A stretch of DNA of 64,000 nucleotides. It comes from Candidatus Latescibacterota bacterium (GTDB taxonomy: Bacteria > Latescibacterota > UBA2968 > UBA8231). The position numbers and the translations under genes are program-made. Below, one piece after another: positions 16,187 to 26,835 of the stretch. The stretch covers positions 256,001 to 320,000 of the forward strand of contig CBDAOB010000004.1 in NCBI GenBank assembly GCA_965197905.1, read 5' to 3'. The first letter of the stretch is position 1, and each line of letters starts with the position of its first letter. The notes below the pieces were generated by a model, which had not been told where the DNA came from, did not search any database, and saw nothing but the letters and a program-made list of their open reading frames with translations.

Positions 16187-17200
16187 ATGTCTGCAGCATC
16201 GAAGCCATTTAGAGTTGCCCTAGTGGCCCTGGGCATTCCTCCACTCGAAGCGTGGCCGCTCGAGAGATTGTCCGACAACGGCATCGAGATGGTCCATGAG
16301 GAATGCGAGACGCCAGAACAGGTTCTGTCCGCTGCCGCCGATGCGCAGGTGATTTTCGTAGCCGGCGGCTCCCGCGTCGTCACCGCCGAGGTGCTTCAAC
16401 GTCTGGACAAGTGTATCGCCGTTCTGCGCAGCGGTGCGGGGACCGATAACCTACCGGTCGACGAGGCGACGAGACTGGGCATCGTCGTGGCACACACGCC
16501 GATGGCGCATGCCCACGCGGTGGCCGAGCACACCGTCGGTTTGCTCTTCGACACCGTGAGACGCATCGCCATCCAGGACCGGTTCGTGCGTCAGGGAAAG
16601 TGGGATCGAAAGCTCGCAAGCCCGGACTGGCATGTGTTCGGGCGAACGTTGGGACTGGTTGGATTCGGCAACATCGGCCAGCTGGTGGCCAAGAAACTGA
16701 GTGGTCTGGACCTGCGGATTGTCGTCTCCGACCCGGTGGTGGACGATGCGACCCTTGCCCGACACGGCGCAACACGAGCAAGTCTGGATGAGCTGCTCGA
16801 ATCCAGTGATTTCGTATCCCTGCACACCCCGTTAACCGACGGGACCTATCACTTGATCGGGGAGCGTGAGCTGAGATTGTGTAAACCCAGGGCCGTGCTG
16901 ATTAACACCTCTCGCGGGCCCGTAATCGACGAACCCGCCCTGGTAAGAGCGCTAACAGAGGGATGGCTTGCCGCCGCCGCGCTCGACGTCCTGGAGCAGG
17001 AGCCGACCCCGGCTGACAATCCGCTGCTGACACTGGACAACGTGGTGATCACCCCCCACATCGCCGGAGTTTCGGATGAATCAGTTGATTTGGTACGGTC
17101 GCATTCGGTCGATGCCCTCATCGCGCTTTCAAAGAAGCGCTGGCCACGCTGGTGCGCGAATCCCCAGGTCGAACCGCGCTGGCCCCTGGTGCGCGACTAA
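16187..17200 (+). CDS. D-isomer-specific 2-hydroxyacid dehydrogenase
   Basis: GLVGFGNIG, SDFVSLHTPL, INTSRG, LDVLEQEP, ITPHIAG. Confidence 0.92.
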   Translation: MSAASKPFRVALVALGIPPLEAWPLERLSDNGIEMVHEECETPEQVLSAAADAQVIFVAGGSRVVTAEVLQRLDKCIAVLRSGAGTDNLPVDEATRLGIVVAHTPMAHAHAVAEHTVGLLFDTVRRIAIQDRFVRQGKWDRKLASPDWHVFGRTLGLVGFGNIGQLVAKKLSGLDLRIVVSDPVVDDATLARHGATRASLDELLESSDFVSLHTPLTDGTYHLIGERELRLCKPRAVLINTSRGPVIDEPALVRALTEGWLAAAALDVLEQEPTPADNPLLTLDNVVITPHIAGVSDESVDLVRSHSVDALIALSKKRWPRWCANPQVEPRWPLVRD

Positions 17201-17213
17201 ACGATCCCACTAA

Positions 17214-18413
17214 TCAATCTCGGTGAAGTCCACCCTGGTGCAGATCCATCGCAAGACTGCGGAAGTTGCGGATGCGATGGATCGTACACAGGTCGGCGTC
17301 ATGCTGGTTTCCGGCGTTGTGGCTGGTGCGCGACAGCATGATGATGTCGTCGCCGACCACCACCGGGCTAGGGTACATGAAGCTGCGTTTGACGTTGGCG
17401 GGCCACCGCGCAACACAGCCGGCGGGGAACCAGTTCAGACAATCGATGCTGTAATACAAAAAGAGCCAGCGGCGCTCGTTGCCAGGCCCTCCCATGAACC
17501 CCGATTCGCGCATGCGCGAGCCCCATCCGAGTCGGTCGTGGGAGTTGGTTGCCAGGTTGGCGAACAACCAGTACATGGCGCTCGGCTGGTCGTGGATGAC
17601 GTAGAACTTGCACTGACCACCGGGCCATGACACGAACTGCTTGAACTCGAGCCGGTTTTCATCTGGGTCGTATTCCAGTGACCCGGCGATCCCGGTGCTC
17701 GAATAGTCGTCGATGGTGCAGCGGTTGAAGATGCGGATGCGCCCGTTCACTTCCACCGTGTTAGGCTCCACCCATCCAAACACACAGCTCGGGTCGCGAG
17801 AGATCTGAGGGCTCTGTCCCGGCGGGAAATGGCCGCCATTGAGAGAATCGGGTAGCTCCGGCCGTGGCACGAAGTTGGAATGACTCCAAGATCCGGGATC
17901 CAACGGCGAGCCGTTGCGGTCGTGTTTCACCATTACCATGCTGTTGCGACTGCGTTCGTTCAATTCCTCGTCGGTGTTGTAATCCATCGCCCAGTACAAA
18001 GCATCCGGGCGCACGACCATCGCCGTGGAGATGTTCCAGAAGGGTCCTTCCAGGACACACACCGGCTCGGTCCAGGTCTTCCCGCCGTCATCGCTGGAGA
18101 TGAGAAGGAAGTCACGGTGGCTGCTCGTCTGGACGTACATCAACAGCTGGCCGTCGAGCACAAAGGGGGTGGCTTCGGCGTAGGGAAGGGGCGATAGCTC
18201 CTCCCAGGTCTCGCCCTCGTCCGCACTGCGCAGCATCCACGTGGAGCGCTCGATCTCCGGTCGATTGCGACCCCACAGGGGAGCGGCGATGAGTAGACTG
18301 CCGTCGTCTAACCGGGCCATGTTCGGGTCGTGGAAGAAATACACTTCAGGGTCGGGAACCCGGGCTGCGACTACGTACTCCTGGCCAAGGGGTTCCACGT
18401 TAGGGTTTGACAT
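17214..18413 (-). CDS. BNR/Asp-box sialidase-like protein
   Basis: Asp boxes SADEGETW, SDDGGKTW, SIDCLNW; no signal peptide. Confidence 0.7.
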   Translation of the reverse strand: MSNPNVEPLGQEYVVAARVPDPEVYFFHDPNMARLDDGSLLIAAPLWGRNRPEIERSTWMLRSADEGETWEELSPLPYAEATPFVLDGQLLMYVQTSSHRDFLLISSDDGGKTWTEPVCVLEGPFWNISTAMVVRPDALYWAMDYNTDEELNERSRNSMVMVKHDRNGSPLDPGSWSHSNFVPRPELPDSLNGGHFPPGQSPQISRDPSCVFGWVEPNTVEVNGRIRIFNRCTIDDYSSTGIAGSLEYDPDENRLEFKQFVSWPGGQCKFYVIHDQPSAMYWLFANLATNSHDRLGWGSRMRESGFMGGPGNERRWLFLYYSIDCLNWFPAGCVARWPANVKRSFMYPSPVVVGDDIIMLSRTSHNAGNQHDADLCTIHRIRNFRSLAMDLHQGGLHRD

Positions 18414-18561
18414 CGATTAGATCCTCGCTGAACGATCAAGTCCGTGTAGGTTTTGTGACCTGTGCCTGGGCCGCGCCCAGGCTTTTGTGTGCTTCCGATA
18501 ATTGGTAGAATATCCACCATATTCCTCGCATGTTCAACCGTGCTTCGCTTCAGGAGTTGCC

Positions 18562-19368
18562 ATGCTGACCAAAGATGAGATCGCCGGCTACCACGCCTTC
18601 GGCTACCTAGTGCTCAGAGGCTGTCTGACGCCCGAAGAGACGGCGGAGGTGGCGGCGGCGTACGAACGAGTGATGGTGGATGCGCCGCGATACGATTATT
18701 TCGACACCGGCGGCACCCGCAAGTTGAACGGTTCCGAAGAGAAGGATGCTGTGCTCGCCCGCTTCCTGGTGCATCCGAAGATAGTCGACGCGATGCGCGA
18801 TTTGTGGGGTGCGCCAGGCATCTTTCTCGGCTCCGACATATGGTCCAACATGGACGACACACCGTGGCACACCGACGGCATGCCGGGTAGAGTACGAGGC
18901 ACCATAAAGGTGACCACCTACCTGGATGAAATGACACCGGAGCAAGGCTCGCTCAATCTCCTACCAGGCACTCATCTTCCCCCCTGTAGCGACAACCTGT
19001 TCAAGAACTTCGGCTACTTCGACCGCAGCCGGCCGCGACTGCGCATTCCGCCCGACCAGGTCCCCGGCGTCTTTTCAATGCACACCAGACCGGGCGACGT
19101 GGCCATTTGGGACACACGGTTGTGGCACTCGGCGTTCAGGCGTAAGGATGGGAAGGCGCGGCGGGCGCTGTTCTTCGGTTTCGTACCCGATCTGAAGGAG
19201 GACGTATTCCAGGAGGAGTTTGTCAGGGATTGTGTCAAGAGCCACCGGAAGGAGGGGGAGCCGGTCTATGGTCCCAATCTCATGGGATGTGGCGCGTCGC
19301 AGATTCACCGTATGGCGGAGCGACTTGAGGAACTGGGAATCGACAAGGTGAGACCACCCACCGTCTGA
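18562..19368 (+). CDS. Phytanoyl-CoA dioxygenase (PhyH) family protein
   Basis: FGYLVLRG, WHTD, LLPGTH, WHSA; CAGGAG SD. Confidence 0.85.
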   Translation: MLTKDEIAGYHAFGYLVLRGCLTPEETAEVAAAYERVMVDAPRYDYFDTGGTRKLNGSEEKDAVLARFLVHPKIVDAMRDLWGAPGIFLGSDIWSNMDDTPWHTDGMPGRVRGTIKVTTYLDEMTPEQGSLNLLPGTHLPPCSDNLFKNFGYFDRSRPRLRIPPDQVPGVFSMHTRPGDVAIWDTRLWHSAFRRKDGKARRALFFGFVPDLKEDVFQEEFVRDCVKSHRKEGEPVYGPNLMGCGASQIHRMAERLEELGIDKVRPPTV

Positions 19369-19389
19369 CGATCGACCACCACCGCAATC

Positions 19390-20244
19390 ATGGGAAGATC
19401 TGAACAGAAACCACTACGCCAAGAAGATCTCGTCGAGGATCTGGTCCGGCTGGGAGTGCCTCCGGGTGGGCTGATGATGGTGCACAGCTCGCTGCGCAGC
19501 ATCGGTCAGGTTGACGGAGGCGCCGACACAGTGGTAAACGCGCTGCTGCAGTCGTTGGGGCCCGACGGGACCCTTGTCGTACCCACCTTCAGCGATGAGA
19601 TCGCCGCCCGCTACAACGGATTCGTTTTCGATGTGGCCAACACCCCCTCTTATGTGGGCGCCATCACGGAGGCGGCTAGAACGCGGCCCGAGGCTCGTCG
19701 CAGTCATCATCCCTGGCACAGCGTCGCTGCCCTTGGTCCGCTCTCGGAGACATTGATTTCTGCAGAGTGCGATTCCGCATGGCGACCGGGCAGTCCCATG
19801 TCACAGGTTGTGGATCGGGGCGGCCTGATCCTGCTTCTGGGCGTACCCTATCAGCGGCTTACGTTGGCCCACTGGTGCGAGTTTCACGTCAAAGTGCCGT
19901 ACCGACCAGAAATGATGATTCAGGTGCCTATACGAAAGCCCGGTGGATCAATCGTCACCATCAGCGACTACGAATGTCCTCCCGATCCCGGAACCCCGGA
20001 CAGGGATTACAACCGACTAGGCATGGCGATGGAAGACACTGGCCTAGTGAAGACAGGTGCGGTGGGCAATGCAGTGGGGCGCCTATTTTACGGTCGCGAC
20101 GCCAGAGATACCGCAGTGGAGCTGTATCGCAGCGATAAGCAGGCGTTCCTCCTGCAAGGCGATGAATACATCGCGCTAACCGAAGGACATACGATTGAGA
20201 CCTCTAAAGGCACCTTCTGCGTCTATGATCCCGCGTTGATTTAG
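19390..20244 (+). CDS. AAC(3)/YokD family N-acetyltransferase
   Basis: MVHSSLRSIG..GGADTVV, GTLVVPTF, GAITE, RSHHPWHSVAALG, LLLGV...H..E. Confidence 0.88.
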   Translation: MGRSEQKPLRQEDLVEDLVRLGVPPGGLMMVHSSLRSIGQVDGGADTVVNALLQSLGPDGTLVVPTFSDEIAARYNGFVFDVANTPSYVGAITEAARTRPEARRSHHPWHSVAALGPLSETLISAECDSAWRPGSPMSQVVDRGGLILLLGVPYQRLTLAHWCEFHVKVPYRPEMMIQVPIRKPGGSIVTISDYECPPDPGTPDRDYNRLGMAMEDTGLVKTGAVGNAVGRLFYGRDARDTAVELYRSDKQAFLLQGDEYIALTEGHTIETSKGTFCVYDPALI

Positions 20245-20281
20245 AGGGTTTCGAATGCCGGCGTTCGTAGCGGCGGCGCTC

Positions 20282-21262
20282 TTAACGGACGTCAGCCAGA
20301 ATTTCTAGAGATCGCAAGCAGGCTGAGGGTTCGAAGATGCGCGCCGTGGCGATCAGTTCGTCGGCTTCGGTAGCGGCAATAAGTGCTTCGACACCTGTTT
20401 TCACCGTCTCCGCAGAACCGACGAAGGAATAGGTCATCTTGTGTTCGATCGCAGGTTTTTCCACCGCATTCCAGTAGGTGTCCATATCGTCGATGGGGGG
20501 ACCGAGCTGGCCTCGACGTCCGCGAATCATATCTACCGATTGCATCTGTTGCGAAGTAAACAGATGTTCGGCTTCCGCATCGCTGTCGGCGGTGACCACG
20601 TTGATTCCGACCATGGCGTACGGCCGATTGAGCTGCTCCGAGGCACGAAATCCGTTGCGATAGGCGTTGAGCGCGTCCATCAGCAGGTCAGGGGCGAAGT
20701 GGGAGGCGAAGGCGTACGGCAGGCCGAGATGGGCGGCCAGCTGGGCGCTGAAGAGACTGGATCCCAGCAGCCAGATCGGCACCTGTAATCCTGACCCCGG
20801 CACCGCCCGTACCATGCGTTCCGGATCGGCCGGCTGGAAATACGACTGCAGCTCGAGGACGTCGTGGGGGAACCGTTGGTCCGAGCCGAGGTTTTCTCGC
20901 CTCAAGGCGCGCGCGGTCAGCTGATCGGTGCCGGGCGCGCGGCCCAATCCGAGATCGATACGCCCGGGGTAAATCGACTCGAGGGTGCCGAACTGCTCGG
21001 CGATTACGAGAGGGGCGTGATTGGGCAGCATGATCCCTCCCGAACCGACACGGATCGTCGAGGTCGCTTCCGCTACGTGCCCGATGAGCACGCTGGTTGC
21101 GGCGCTGCCTATGCCGCCCATGTTGTGGTGTTCGGCGAGCCAGTAGCGGTGATAACCCAACTGTTCGGCATGCTGCGCCTGCTCGCGCATGTTCTCGAAG
21201 GCCGCCGCCGCGTTGCTCCCCAACCTGATGGGGGCCAGATCGAGGATTGAGAACGGGATCAT
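20282..21262 (-). CDS. Luciferase-like (LLM) flavin-dependent monooxygenase, YhbW type
   Basis: [49 protein letters not shown]. Confidence 0.92.
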   Translation of the reverse strand: MIPFSILDLAPIRLGSNAAAAFENMREQAQHAEQLGYHRYWLAEHHNMGGIGSAATSVLIGHVAEATSTIRVGSGGIMLPNHAPLVIAEQFGTLESIYPGRIDLGLGRAPGTDQLTARALRRENLGSDQRFPHDVLELQSYFQPADPERMVRAVPGSGLQVPIWLLGSSLFSAQLAAHLGLPYAFASHFAPDLLMDALNAYRNGFRASEQLNRPYAMVGINVVTADSDAEAEHLFTSQQMQSVDMIRGRRGQLGPPIDDMDTYWNAVEKPAIEHKMTYSFVGSAETVKTGVEALIAATEADELIATARIFEPSACLRSLEILADVR

Positions 21263-21277
21263 GACACGCTTGCGATC

Positions 21278-22792
21278 CTAACCCACGTAGGCCGCATACA
21301 GCTTTGCGTCTTCGGGCCGGAGGCCTTCCCAAATCACCTTGAGTCGGACGCGGCTTCTCATTTCACCCAGCGAGTTCTGCCCCTTCCAGGTCACACGCTG
21401 CCGGAAGCCGGATTCGGTAACAGCGACGCAGTCGTCACCGGACAGGCCAGCGATCGGCTCGAACTCGCGGGTCAGGACCTCGACGCGCAGATAACTGTTC
21501 TCCGAAAGTCCGGAGGCATTGAGGTAGACGCCGGCATCGTTGCCTTCGGTATCCATCGGGCAAGAGATGAAATGGGAAGGTTCTACGATAGACCCAAAGT
21601 CCTCGCTGGAATCGAAATGTCTCAGCTGGACCGAGGATGGATCGGGTGAAAAATGGGCCAAGCGGTCTTTGGGCCAGGTAGCGACACGAACGGCGTTTTC
21701 GGTTGCGGAGGATTCGCGCCACGCTCCATACCAGAAGATGCTGCGGTCGCCGATGTTCTCGAATCCCTGTCCCTGCAGCAGGCGTGGGGATGCCCCGTCG
21801 GGCTCCTCGTAGGCGGGTACCATCTTGAAATCCGGCACCGGCTCCTTGAAGTGCATGGCGTCGTTGCTGACCACCAGACCCAGATCGCAAGTACTAAATC
21901 TCCGGTCGTTGCTCTCGTTGTGGTACTGGCCGTAGATGCCGATGAGCACATTGCCCCTATTCCACAGGGTCGCCCCCACGTGCACCTGCTCTCCCCGGTG
22001 CAGCTCGAAATCGGTGGGCGGCCGCGGTGGGATGTTATCCCGGCGGAAGCTGAGCAGGGCCGCTTGCGGCCAATGCTCGAAGTCGTATGACGCAAAGGTG
22101 ACCATGGTGCGCTTGCGAGCGCCTTTGATGGGATGGGGGACAACGGATCCCTGGCCGTTCATGTAATAGCAGTTCCCGTAGCGCACGAGACCGCCGTGCT
22201 CGAGCCGGGAGCCGCGAATGATCGGGTTGTGCGGTGAGTCCACCCAACGCAGCCCGTCCTCCGAGAAGGCCGCAGACACTGCAGCGGAACTGCCGGCGTA
22301 GACCATCTTGTAGCGCCGCTTCGGGTCCGGATCGTCTGGCTCGTAGAGCACGGCGAGGTGCTCGGCTGGAATCATCTTGGCATCGCCGTCGCCAACCAGC
22401 CCCACCAGGTTGTTGTTCTTGTTGCCACCGTACTCCAGGATGCCCAGCTTCGGTTTGTCCCACTCAATCCCGTCCTTGGAGGCCGCGTAACATACGCGCC
22501 GAATGTTGTCGGTGCCGGCGCCGCCGTACCACATGCAGTATTCACCATCAACCGCCAGAACACTTCCGTAGTAGACGACCTCGGTAGAATCGGCATCATC
22601 CGGACCACCCTGAACAACCACCGGTTTCCCCGGGTGCTCGGGATCGAAACCATGGCCGGTTTCGTAGGGAGTCTTGCGGGCTGGTGTCAGCTCCATAAGC
22701 AGGTTCTTGTTGAGGGGAATGGAGTAGTCATCGAAGGGGAACAGCACAGCTTCAGCGATAGACTGAACGGGGCCTCCATTTTGAACGATCAT
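21278..22792 (-). CDS. Hypothetical beta-propeller glycoside-hydrolase-like protein
   Basis: YAASKDGIEWDKPKLG, DPDPKRRYKMVY, FSEDGLRW, SYDFEHW repeats; GAGGA SD before ATG 22792. Confidence 0.6.
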   Translation of the reverse strand: MIVQNGGPVQSIAEAVLFPFDDYSIPLNKNLLMELTPARKTPYETGHGFDPEHPGKPVVVQGGPDDADSTEVVYYGSVLAVDGEYCMWYGGAGTDNIRRVCYAASKDGIEWDKPKLGILEYGGNKNNNLVGLVGDGDAKMIPAEHLAVLYEPDDPDPKRRYKMVYAGSSAAVSAAFSEDGLRWVDSPHNPIIRGSRLEHGGLVRYGNCYYMNGQGSVVPHPIKGARKRTMVTFASYDFEHWPQAALLSFRRDNIPPRPPTDFELHRGEQVHVGATLWNRGNVLIGIYGQYHNESNDRRFSTCDLGLVVSNDAMHFKEPVPDFKMVPAYEEPDGASPRLLQGQGFENIGDRSIFWYGAWRESSATENAVRVATWPKDRLAHFSPDPSSVQLRHFDSSEDFGSIVEPSHFISCPMDTEGNDAGVYLNASGLSENSYLRVEVLTREFEPIAGLSGDDCVAVTESGFRQRVTWKGQNSLGEMRSRVRLKVIWEGLRPEDAKLYAAYVG

Positions 22793-23003
22793 CCGCGGTT
22801 CCTCACGATTGTACCGGTTTCCAGATAGGTGGCGAATGAATGTCCTCAAAAGGCCGGGCCGCATCAAACGCACGCATGCCCCAACATGGAATATGGGCGG
22901 AGGAAAGCTTAGATTCGGCGCCTGATCCAATCGGACCAAAGAGTGTGAAGGGCAGGGCGGGGTGAGATCGGCCGACCTTCAATCTATTGCAAGGAGTTTC
23001 GAC

Positions 23004-24053
23004 ATGGCAGAAGACCAGCTGTTCATCGTAAGCACCCTGACAGATACAGACGGCATCTTCGTCTATCGCATAACCGATGAGGACGGGCATCTCGAGCTGG
23101 TTCGGCAATACACGGAGATCAGCAACCCGTTCTTTATCCATCTCCACCCGAATGGCCGCGTGCTGTACAGCATTTCAGATCCGGACAAGGAACAGATGGT
23201 CGAAGCGCTTTCCCTGGATAGGTCGACCGGCGAGCTGACGCCGATAAACAAACAGCCGACCAAGGGAGGGTACCCTTGTTATGTGGCCGTCGATCCCAGC
23301 GGGCGCATGGTGGTGGCTGCCAACTACCAGGGAGGCAGCGTCATCTCCTATCCGCTTGAGAAAGACGGCGCCCTAGGCCCGGCGGGATCCTTCGTGCAAC
23401 ATGTGGGCCACAGCGTCGAGCCACGCCGCCAGATAGAACCCCACGCCCACTGTTTCAAGGTGGCGGCGGACGGGCGGTTTGCTTTTGCCGCCGACCTCGG
23501 CATGGACAAGGTCATGATATACGCCCTCGATCCCGAATCCGGCAGCCTGAGTCCTGGAGAACAGCGTTTCGCTCGCGTTCAGCCCGGGGGCGGCCCGCGG
23601 CATTTCACCTTTTCACCTGACAACCGTTACGGTTATGTCATCAACGAGATGGGCAACACGATTACCGCGTTTGTCTACGACCGGGAACGTGGGATGTTGC
23701 TGGAGAGGGATTCGGTGCCGACCTTGCCGGCCGATTTCGATGGCCACAGTGCTACGGCCGATCTGGCGTTCACCCCCGACGGACGCTTCCTCTACGGCAC
23801 CAATCGCGGCCATGAAAGCCTTGCCATGTTCACGGTGGATATTGAGAGCGGTAACCTGACCCCCAACGGCATCGAACCCAGCCGCGGCGAGATGCCCCAG
23901 AATATTACCATCACTCCCGACGGCAAGCTGCTATTCATCGCCAATACCAATGGCAACAGGATGGTCGCCTTCCACATCGACCAGTCGTCTGGGAAGCTCA
24001 ATTTCAGTTGTGAACTCGAGATGCCGGCGCCGGTGTGCGGCGTGCTCGGATAG
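23004..24053 (+). CDS. pgl: 6-phosphogluconolactonase-like 7-bladed lactonase
   Basis: ANYQGGS, PHAH, ADLGMD, GGGPRH, INE, LYGTNRGH; AAGGAG SD. Confidence 0.85.
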   Translation: MAEDQLFIVSTLTDTDGIFVYRITDEDGHLELVRQYTEISNPFFIHLHPNGRVLYSISDPDKEQMVEALSLDRSTGELTPINKQPTKGGYPCYVAVDPSGRMVVAANYQGGSVISYPLEKDGALGPAGSFVQHVGHSVEPRRQIEPHAHCFKVAADGRFAFAADLGMDKVMIYALDPESGSLSPGEQRFARVQPGGGPRHFTFSPDNRYGYVINEMGNTITAFVYDRERGMLLERDSVPTLPADFDGHSATADLAFTPDGRFLYGTNRGHESLAMFTVDIESGNLTPNGIEPSRGEMPQNITITPDGKLLFIANTNGNRMVAFHIDQSSGKLNFSCELEMPAPVCGVLG

Positions 24054-24087
24054 CAAGGACGGACAGCGGTTACAGAGGAGCCAGAGA

Positions 24088-25716
24088 ATGGATCAAGCAA
24101 GACACGACGCCCGCTGGCGCCAACGACGAATCATCTACAATAACGACGGCGACGATGCCCTCTATGCCCGGGACGGCGCTGAACACGAACACGACGTCGC
24201 CGAGGCGCTGACCGTGCGCACCGCCGGTGAGCTGGTGGACGATTTTCTCGACGCCCGCAGCAACCCGTTGATCGGATCGCAGGTAGACAGTAACTGGTAT
24301 GCCAGCTGCATGGCCGGTCTGACTTTTTCACACAACACGAAACTGGGCGGTTTCTATGGCAAGGAGCTGCCGCTGGAGCTGGTGGAGAAGTACGGTCGGG
24401 ACGCCCTTCAGGTGCAGCTGGATTTCAGCCGCGAGAACGGCATGGAAGCGGTGTGGGCCCTGCGCATGAACGACGCCCACGATGCCTATCCCATGGGCTC
24501 GCGCCGCTGGACCTACGGCCTGGCCCCGTTCAAGGCGGAACATCCCGAATGCATGCTGGGAGAAGACGGGGACTGGGAGAAATTCGCCGGCGATGGAAAG
24601 AAGTCGCCGTGGACCGTGCTCGATTTCTCCCTACCGATCGTGCGTGACCACATCTTCTCCATCATCCAGGAGGTGGCCCAGAACTACGACGTGGACGCCA
24701 TTGGCATGGAATTCTTCAAGTACGACCCATTCTTCCACGAGTCACGCGAGGGCGAACCGGTTACGCCGGAACACGTCGAGATCATGACCGATCTGTTGCG
24801 GCGGATCCGCAAGATGGCCGATGAAGAGGGCGACAAGCGCGGCCGACCCATTCTGCTGGCGGCTCACACCCCCCCAGACCTGGCGTATTCACGGTCTATC
24901 GGTCTCGATCTGGAAACCTGGCTCGCCGAACAGCTGATCGACCAGCTGATTCCGGGAGGATTGAGCGAGTCGGTCTATTGTGATTCGCACAAGGGTATGA
25001 TCGAGCTAGGACATCGCCACGATGTTCCGGTTTACCCCTGCCTGGGGTGGGGATTCTGGACCCGTTGGGCGTATCTCGACCTGTCCAAGGGCAAGCACCG
25101 AACCGCCGCCTCGTACCTGGAAAACCTGTATGGCGGGCAACTCGATCGCCTGGGCAAACCGTCTTACATCCTGACCTACAACGGTTGGAAGCACACCCTG
25201 GCCGCCTGGCGCGGAGCCGCAATGAACGTCCTCAACGACGGCGCCGACGGCCTTTACATCTTCAACCCTGCTTTGGGCGAGCCGGCATGGTGGCAGGATA
25301 TCGGCGAGATCGCCACCATGCAGGGTAAAGACAAGCTATTCGGAATGGATCGTTTTTCGAGCGAGAGCGGAAATGTGGATCAGGTGGAGCTGCAGCCGGG
25401 CGAGAAGGTGCCGTTGAGTTTCCTGATCGGCGAAGACACCTCTTCGGGTAACGCCCGGCTTCGCTTTCGAGCCCACCTTTGGGATCTGAGCGGCGACGAT
25501 GAGGTCGTCGTGCAACTGAACGGAAAGCCGCTGTCCGGGTTGGAGGTCAACGACGCCTTCGCCTCACCGGAAGAGGGCCAATGGCTGGAATGCGACCTCA
25601 CCGCCGATCAGGTAGCTCGCGGGACGAACTCGGTGGAGCTGCTATTGAACAAGCGAGCTGAGTCGGAACGGTCGCCTCTGTTGCTGAATACCATTCAGCT
25701 GGCGGTCCGGTACTAG
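24088..25716 (+). CDS. Hypothetical glycoside-hydrolase-like (TIM barrel) protein
   Basis: RRIIYNNDGDD, LRMNDAHD, LDFS...VR, YDVDAIGMEF, GADGLYIFN; GAGGAG SD. Confidence 0.6.
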   Translation: MDQARHDARWRQRRIIYNNDGDDALYARDGAEHEHDVAEALTVRTAGELVDDFLDARSNPLIGSQVDSNWYASCMAGLTFSHNTKLGGFYGKELPLELVEKYGRDALQVQLDFSRENGMEAVWALRMNDAHDAYPMGSRRWTYGLAPFKAEHPECMLGEDGDWEKFAGDGKKSPWTVLDFSLPIVRDHIFSIIQEVAQNYDVDAIGMEFFKYDPFFHESREGEPVTPEHVEIMTDLLRRIRKMADEEGDKRGRPILLAAHTPPDLAYSRSIGLDLETWLAEQLIDQLIPGGLSESVYCDSHKGMIELGHRHDVPVYPCLGWGFWTRWAYLDLSKGKHRTAASYLENLYGGQLDRLGKPSYILTYNGWKHTLAAWRGAAMNVLNDGADGLYIFNPALGEPAWWQDIGEIATMQGKDKLFGMDRFSSESGNVDQVELQPGEKVPLSFLIGEDTSSGNARLRFRAHLWDLSGDDEVVVQLNGKPLSGLEVNDAFASPEEGQWLECDLTADQVARGTNSVELLLNKRAESERSPLLLNTIQLAVRY

Positions 25717-25737
25717 GTAAAACCGAGAGAAAGCCAG

Positions 25738-26835
25738 CTATAGTTTCAGGCGCACCCACCGGGTGTGCGTGATTCCCTCCGACGTGCACCAGAAGTAGGT
25801 GAGCAGGTCACCGTCCGGAAGTTGCAGCCCCCCCGGCTTTCCGAACGCGATCTGGAAGTGCTCGGCGTGGAAGCTGTCGGCGGCAGGCGGCCCCATCGTT
25901 GCTTCAGCACCGGCATCAAAAACCACCACCTCGTTCTCGACGTCGAAATGCTCCATGTTTTCACTAACTGCGACGTGTATACCTTGTGGTTCATGGCGAA
26001 AATTGTAGACCGCCGCTACCCGGCCATCTGACAGGGCGATTGGGGCGCAGACCTGGCCGCGCAGGTTGGTCGGTTTCGGAGCCGACCAGGTGCGGCCCTC
26101 GTCGGACGAGACGGTCCAGTGGTTGTTCAGGTCTTCGGAGGTGCCATCCACATGGGTCCACAGCAGGATAAAGACCCGACCGTCGGGAAGGACGGCTCCC
26201 AGCTGATCGTAATACATCCGCTTATTCTCCGGATCGTCGGCCGTCGATGTCAGCTCACCCCAGGTTTGTCCTCCGTCGGCGGAGAATACGGCAGCTGATT
26301 TCTGATCGAGCGGAGCGGTGGAGCCCTCCGGTTTCCAGGTCTCGAGGGTGTAGATCCAGCGGTTCGGGTTCACCTGCAGCACCGGGCCGGTACCGTTCCA
26401 GCTGTATCTCTCGGGCGGCAGTTCGACGGGAACGATCTGGGGTTCGGACCAGGTCTGACCCCGGTCTTGAGACCAGATCAACAGCATCTCCGATCGCGAC
26501 AGCGTCTCCGACTCCAGGTCGAAGAGTGCGCCCGTATTCTGCGGGTAACGGTCGGCGGAGATGAGAAGGCGGCCATCAGGCACTGCGACGATTTTGGGTG
26601 CGCGGTAGGTATAATGCTGATCCGGACCTTCGCCTCCGTGAATGCTGCCGCGGTTCTCCCAGGTTGCTCCCTCGTCGCGAGAAACCAGGAATTCGATGTG
26701 GTTATCGGATGAGCCCAGGCTTTCACCCACGTGCTGGGCGGCGACCCAGGTGCCGTCCGGCAATGGGGCGATGGTCGGCATGTAGGCTCCCAGACCTTGC
26801 CGCCGGGATATAATACCTTTATCAACGATTCTCAA
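25738..26835 (-). CDS. BNR/Asp-box exo-alpha-sialidase-like protein
   Basis: Four Asp boxes SRDEGATW, SQDRGQTW, SADGGQTW, SSDEGRTW; TTG start after AAGGA, overlapping the upstream esterase stop. Confidence 0.78.
   Translation of the reverse strand: MRIVDKGIISRRQGLGAYMPTIAPLPDGTWVAAQHVGESLGSSDNHIEFLVSRDEGATWENRGSIHGGEGPDQHYTYRAPKIVAVPDGRLLISADRYPQNTGALFDLESETLSRSEMLLIWSQDRGQTWSEPQIVPVELPPERYSWNGTGPVLQVNPNRWIYTLETWKPEGSTAPLDQKSAAVFSADGGQTWGELTSTADDPENKRMYYDQLGAVLPDGRVFILLWTHVDGTSEDLNNHWTVSSDEGRTWSAPKPTNLRGQVCAPIALSDGRVAAVYNFRHEPQGIHVAVSENMEHFDVENEVVVFDAGAEATMGPPAADSFHAEHFQIAFGKPGGLQLPDGDLLTYFWCTSEGITHTRWVRLKL

Noticed and set aside
19390..20244. Calling it a bona fide aminoglycoside-resistance gene
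   Set aside because: Only family-level motifs are seen and there is no mobile context; many homologs are not resistance enzymes.
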